The notes below the pieces were generated by a model. It did no database searches. It was not told where the DNA came from and saw nothing but the letters and a program-made list of their open reading frames with translations. This document shows, piece by piece, positions 61,580-64,000 of a DNA stretch of 64,000 nt (positions within the stretch are counted from its first letter, which is position 1; each line of letters opens with the position of its first letter). Origin of the DNA: a virus (lineage: Duplodnaviria; Caudoviricetes); IMG/VR virus record IMGVR_UViG_3300037067_017580, positions 1-64,000 of that record. One strand, written 5' to 3'. The position numbers and the translations under genes were made by a program.

Positions 61580-63928
61580 TTATTTACTTCCTAGAGTGAT
61601 TTTTCCATTTTCAAATTTACCATACTTAACAGCGTGATTCATAATATCTGTCTTTGGCTTTCCAATCTCCTTGGGATTAATTTTATAAATATCTCCAGTT
61701 TCTTTTATTAGGGCAATAATATTATAATCAGCACCATCATCCATATAATACTTAATATAAGAAACCACTGTTAGATATTTAATTACTTCTGGAGTTCTTG
61801 TATGTTCTCCATAATCAAATAATTTGTAAATATCATCAAGAATAAGAGAACATGTAGTTCCTTTCGCATTAGCAAACTTTACATACTCGCAATCTTTTTT
61901 CTTAATAATATCAAGTTTTTCATGTTTGAATTTGCTAAGAAAATCTACAAAACATTCTGAACTAAATTCCATTTTTTTCTCCTGTATAAAATTAACTGGC
62001 ACATCCTGTATTTCATCAATAAGTGTTTCTTCTACTATTTCTCCCGTTATCGACTCTTTTGGATAATATAAAACATCTTTCTTTGGGATATATTTTAATG
62101 GCTTTATCTTCCGTCGATTTATCTCTCTCTGTACTATATCAAAAACCGAGAGCAATTTCAAGCCCAAAATATCTATTTTTACGCAAAAACATTCAGAATC
62201 TTTCATATCGAAGGCACAAACAAGACTTTTACTTTTGGCATCCCATTCCAGCGGCAAGTATTCATCCACATCTGTTGAAGAAATAAGAACGCCAGCGGCA
62301 TGAATACCTTTGTTTCTTACCGTTCCCTCAATAGCCTTGGCAAGCTCTATCTCTTTCTTGTATGGTTCAAAAGCCGTTCTAAACTCTTCTGAAATATCTA
62401 GTGCGCCCTGAATGGTGTTTTCTGTGTCGTCATCATGCTTTATTTCTTGATCGGGGAACATTTTAGTCAATACGTTTGACTGCTCAAAAGGGACTCCACA
62501 AACCCTAAAAGTGTCTTTAATAGCCGATTTTGGCTTGAGTTCTCCAAATGTACTAATGGGAAGAACTTTATTATCACCCCATTTTTCTTTAAGATGCTTA
62601 ATAACATCATCTTTTATGTCGGCACTAACGTCTAAATCTACGTCGGGGAGAGAAATATGTCCCTCTGATAAACGACCAGTATTAAAGAATCTTTGAAAAG
62701 ACAACTGTGTTTCTATAGGGTCAATACGTGTTATCCCTAGTAAATACGAAACCAAGCTGCCTGCTGCGCTACCACGACCAACTCCGGGAATACTTCCTGC
62801 CTTCTTTACAAAGTCAACAATGTCTAAAAGAAGAGCGAAATATGCATTAAGAGTTGTTCCGCTTACTTTTGCATTCTTAAATGTTTCATACTCAAAGTTT
62901 AATCTATCAATATACTCTTTATCTTTATGTTTTTTAAGTTCTTTAAGTTTTATCAAACATAGATCATACACGTACTCGTCAACATTTGTATATTTTTCTG
63001 GAACAACGATTTGTGGAATCTTAGGAGAACCAAGCTCTATCTCATAATTTTCTACTTTTTCTGACATTAAAAACGTATTATTTATTTCTTCTTGCGCAAA
63101 TTTCTCAAACATTTCCTCATAGCTATGCATATAATATTGAGAATTATCAGAAAAAAGAATATCTTCGCCGGAAGCTTTTCTATTCGCCCGTTCTGCCAAG
63201 GTGGTTTTTGTCTGTGTACAAATCATTACTTCATGTGCAATTGCGTCTTCTGGTCGGCTAAAATGTGAGTCACAACTCGCACAGAGAGGAATTCCAGTCT
63301 GTTTCGATATCTCTCTAAAACATGACAAAACTACTACTTGCGCCGGATGACCTTCAATCATTGCTTCAAGATAAAAATCATCTCCAAATATGCTCTTCCA
63401 CCTATTTGCTTCTAGACACCCAGCTTCTAACCAGTTATCTTTTAAAAACTTACGACAATTTTCTTCATCTATTTGTGAAAATGCTTCCTTATAATTAGTA
63501 AATAATTCAGTAGACACCCTCCCTATGATGCAGGCTCCGCAAGCAATAATGTTCTTATTTTTTGCTACTTCGGCAATTTTATCAAAGGTAAGACGGGGTT
63601 TAAAATAGAAGTTTTTTGCTGCAAAATTATTTAATTTTATTAAATCTTTATATCCGTTATAGTTTTTTGCAATAATAATAATGTGGTTATTGCTTCTTTC
63701 TCCTTCGACCTCGTTGCCAAGATAAAACTCGCAACCAATCATCGGCTTAATATTTTTTTCTTTACAGGCACGATAAAACTTGATAATTCCAGATAAAGAA
63801 CCATGATCGGAAATTCCAACTGTCTTCATGCCAAGTTCAACAGCGCGAGAAACAATATCTTTTGGGGATTGTAGTCCGTCTAAGATACTATAATATGAGT
63901 GGTTATGAAATAAAGTAAAATTATTCAT
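61580..63928 (-). CDS. dnaE: DNA polymerase III alpha, N-terminal chain (PHP plus palm) with about 170-aa C-terminal extension
   Basis: HNHSYYSILDG, ISDHG, GRGSAAGSLVSY, PDVDLD, HAAG, KIDILGL. Confidence 0.93.
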   Translation of the reverse strand: MNNFTLFHNHSYYSILDGLQSPKDIVSRAVELGMKTVGISDHGSLSGIIKFYRACKEKNIKPMIGCEFYLGNEVEGERSNNHIIIIAKNYNGYKDLIKLNNFAAKNFYFKPRLTFDKIAEVAKNKNIIACGACIIGRVSTELFTNYKEAFSQIDEENCRKFLKDNWLEAGCLEANRWKSIFGDDFYLEAMIEGHPAQVVVLSCFREISKQTGIPLCASCDSHFSRPEDAIAHEVMICTQTKTTLAERANRKASGEDILFSDNSQYYMHSYEEMFEKFAQEEINNTFLMSEKVENYEIELGSPKIPQIVVPEKYTNVDEYVYDLCLIKLKELKKHKDKEYIDRLNFEYETFKNAKVSGTTLNAYFALLLDIVDFVKKAGSIPGVGRGSAAGSLVSYLLGITRIDPIETQLSFQRFFNTGRLSEGHISLPDVDLDVSADIKDDVIKHLKEKWGDNKVLPISTFGELKPKSAIKDTFRVCGVPFEQSNVLTKMFPDQEIKHDDDTENTIQGALDISEEFRTAFEPYKKEIELAKAIEGTVRNKGIHAAGVLISSTDVDEYLPLEWDAKSKSLVCAFDMKDSECFCVKIDILGLKLLSVFDIVQREINRRKIKPLKYIPKKDVLYYPKESITGEIVEETLIDEIQDVPVNFIQEKKMEFSSECFVDFLSKFKHEKLDIIKKKDCEYVKFANAKGTTCSLILDDIYKLFDYGEHTRTPEVIKYLTVVSYIKYYMDDGADYNIIALIKETGDIYKINPKEIGKPKTDIMNHAVKYGKFENGKITLGSK

Positions 63929-64000
63929 TTAAATCCTTTTGAAAGTAATCATAATTTTTCTTTTTTAAGTCTACATTCAAGCATATTGGCAGTCTGATTT

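Noticed and set aside
61560-62100. Split intein or group I intron at the DnaE break
   Set aside because: ECFVD is not followed by an intein block, the C-chain starts directly with polymerase sequence with no HN-C/S/T motif, and the insert is AT-rich open coding sequence without intron-like helices.
1-64000. Alternative genetic code (TAG/TGA reassignment)
   Set aside because: Long conserved genes are intact in code 11, no suppressor tRNA was found, and TAG and TGA end genes at sensible positions.

Overview
64 kb AT-rich, gene-dense segment that looks like part of a large (jumbo-type) dsDNA bacteriophage genome, read in the standard bacterial code. Genes run on + from 1 to about 27.9 kb and on - from about 27.9 kb to the end, except tnpB. 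The + arm holds five tRNAs, many small unknown ORFs, two different RNA ligases, phosphatases, nucleotidyltransferases and a deaminase. It also holds two radical SAM enzymes, the first followed directly by five tandem proteins that share only an N-terminal MKxRxGFVSNSS(S/T)SSF motif, plus a RuvB-like ATPase and a GDP-fucose/colitose synthase. Two mobile elements are present: a solo TnpB with an IS200/IS605-type right end next to an orphan -35 box, and a 1.4 kb IS607-type cargo element (small ORF, MT-A70 methyltransferase, serine recombinase) whose removal restores an interrupted ORF in frame. The - arm holds a sigma factor, two tRNAs, replication/recombination genes (split DnaE, SSB, YhaM-like, dNMP kinase) and a dispersed glycan pathway: Gmd, ColD-like dehydratase, SDR epimerase, GT7-like, GT11, GT6 and five GT4-like enzymes. 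Eight consensus promoters all have a 16-bp spacer. All family calls come from recognising motifs by eye; no database search was run.
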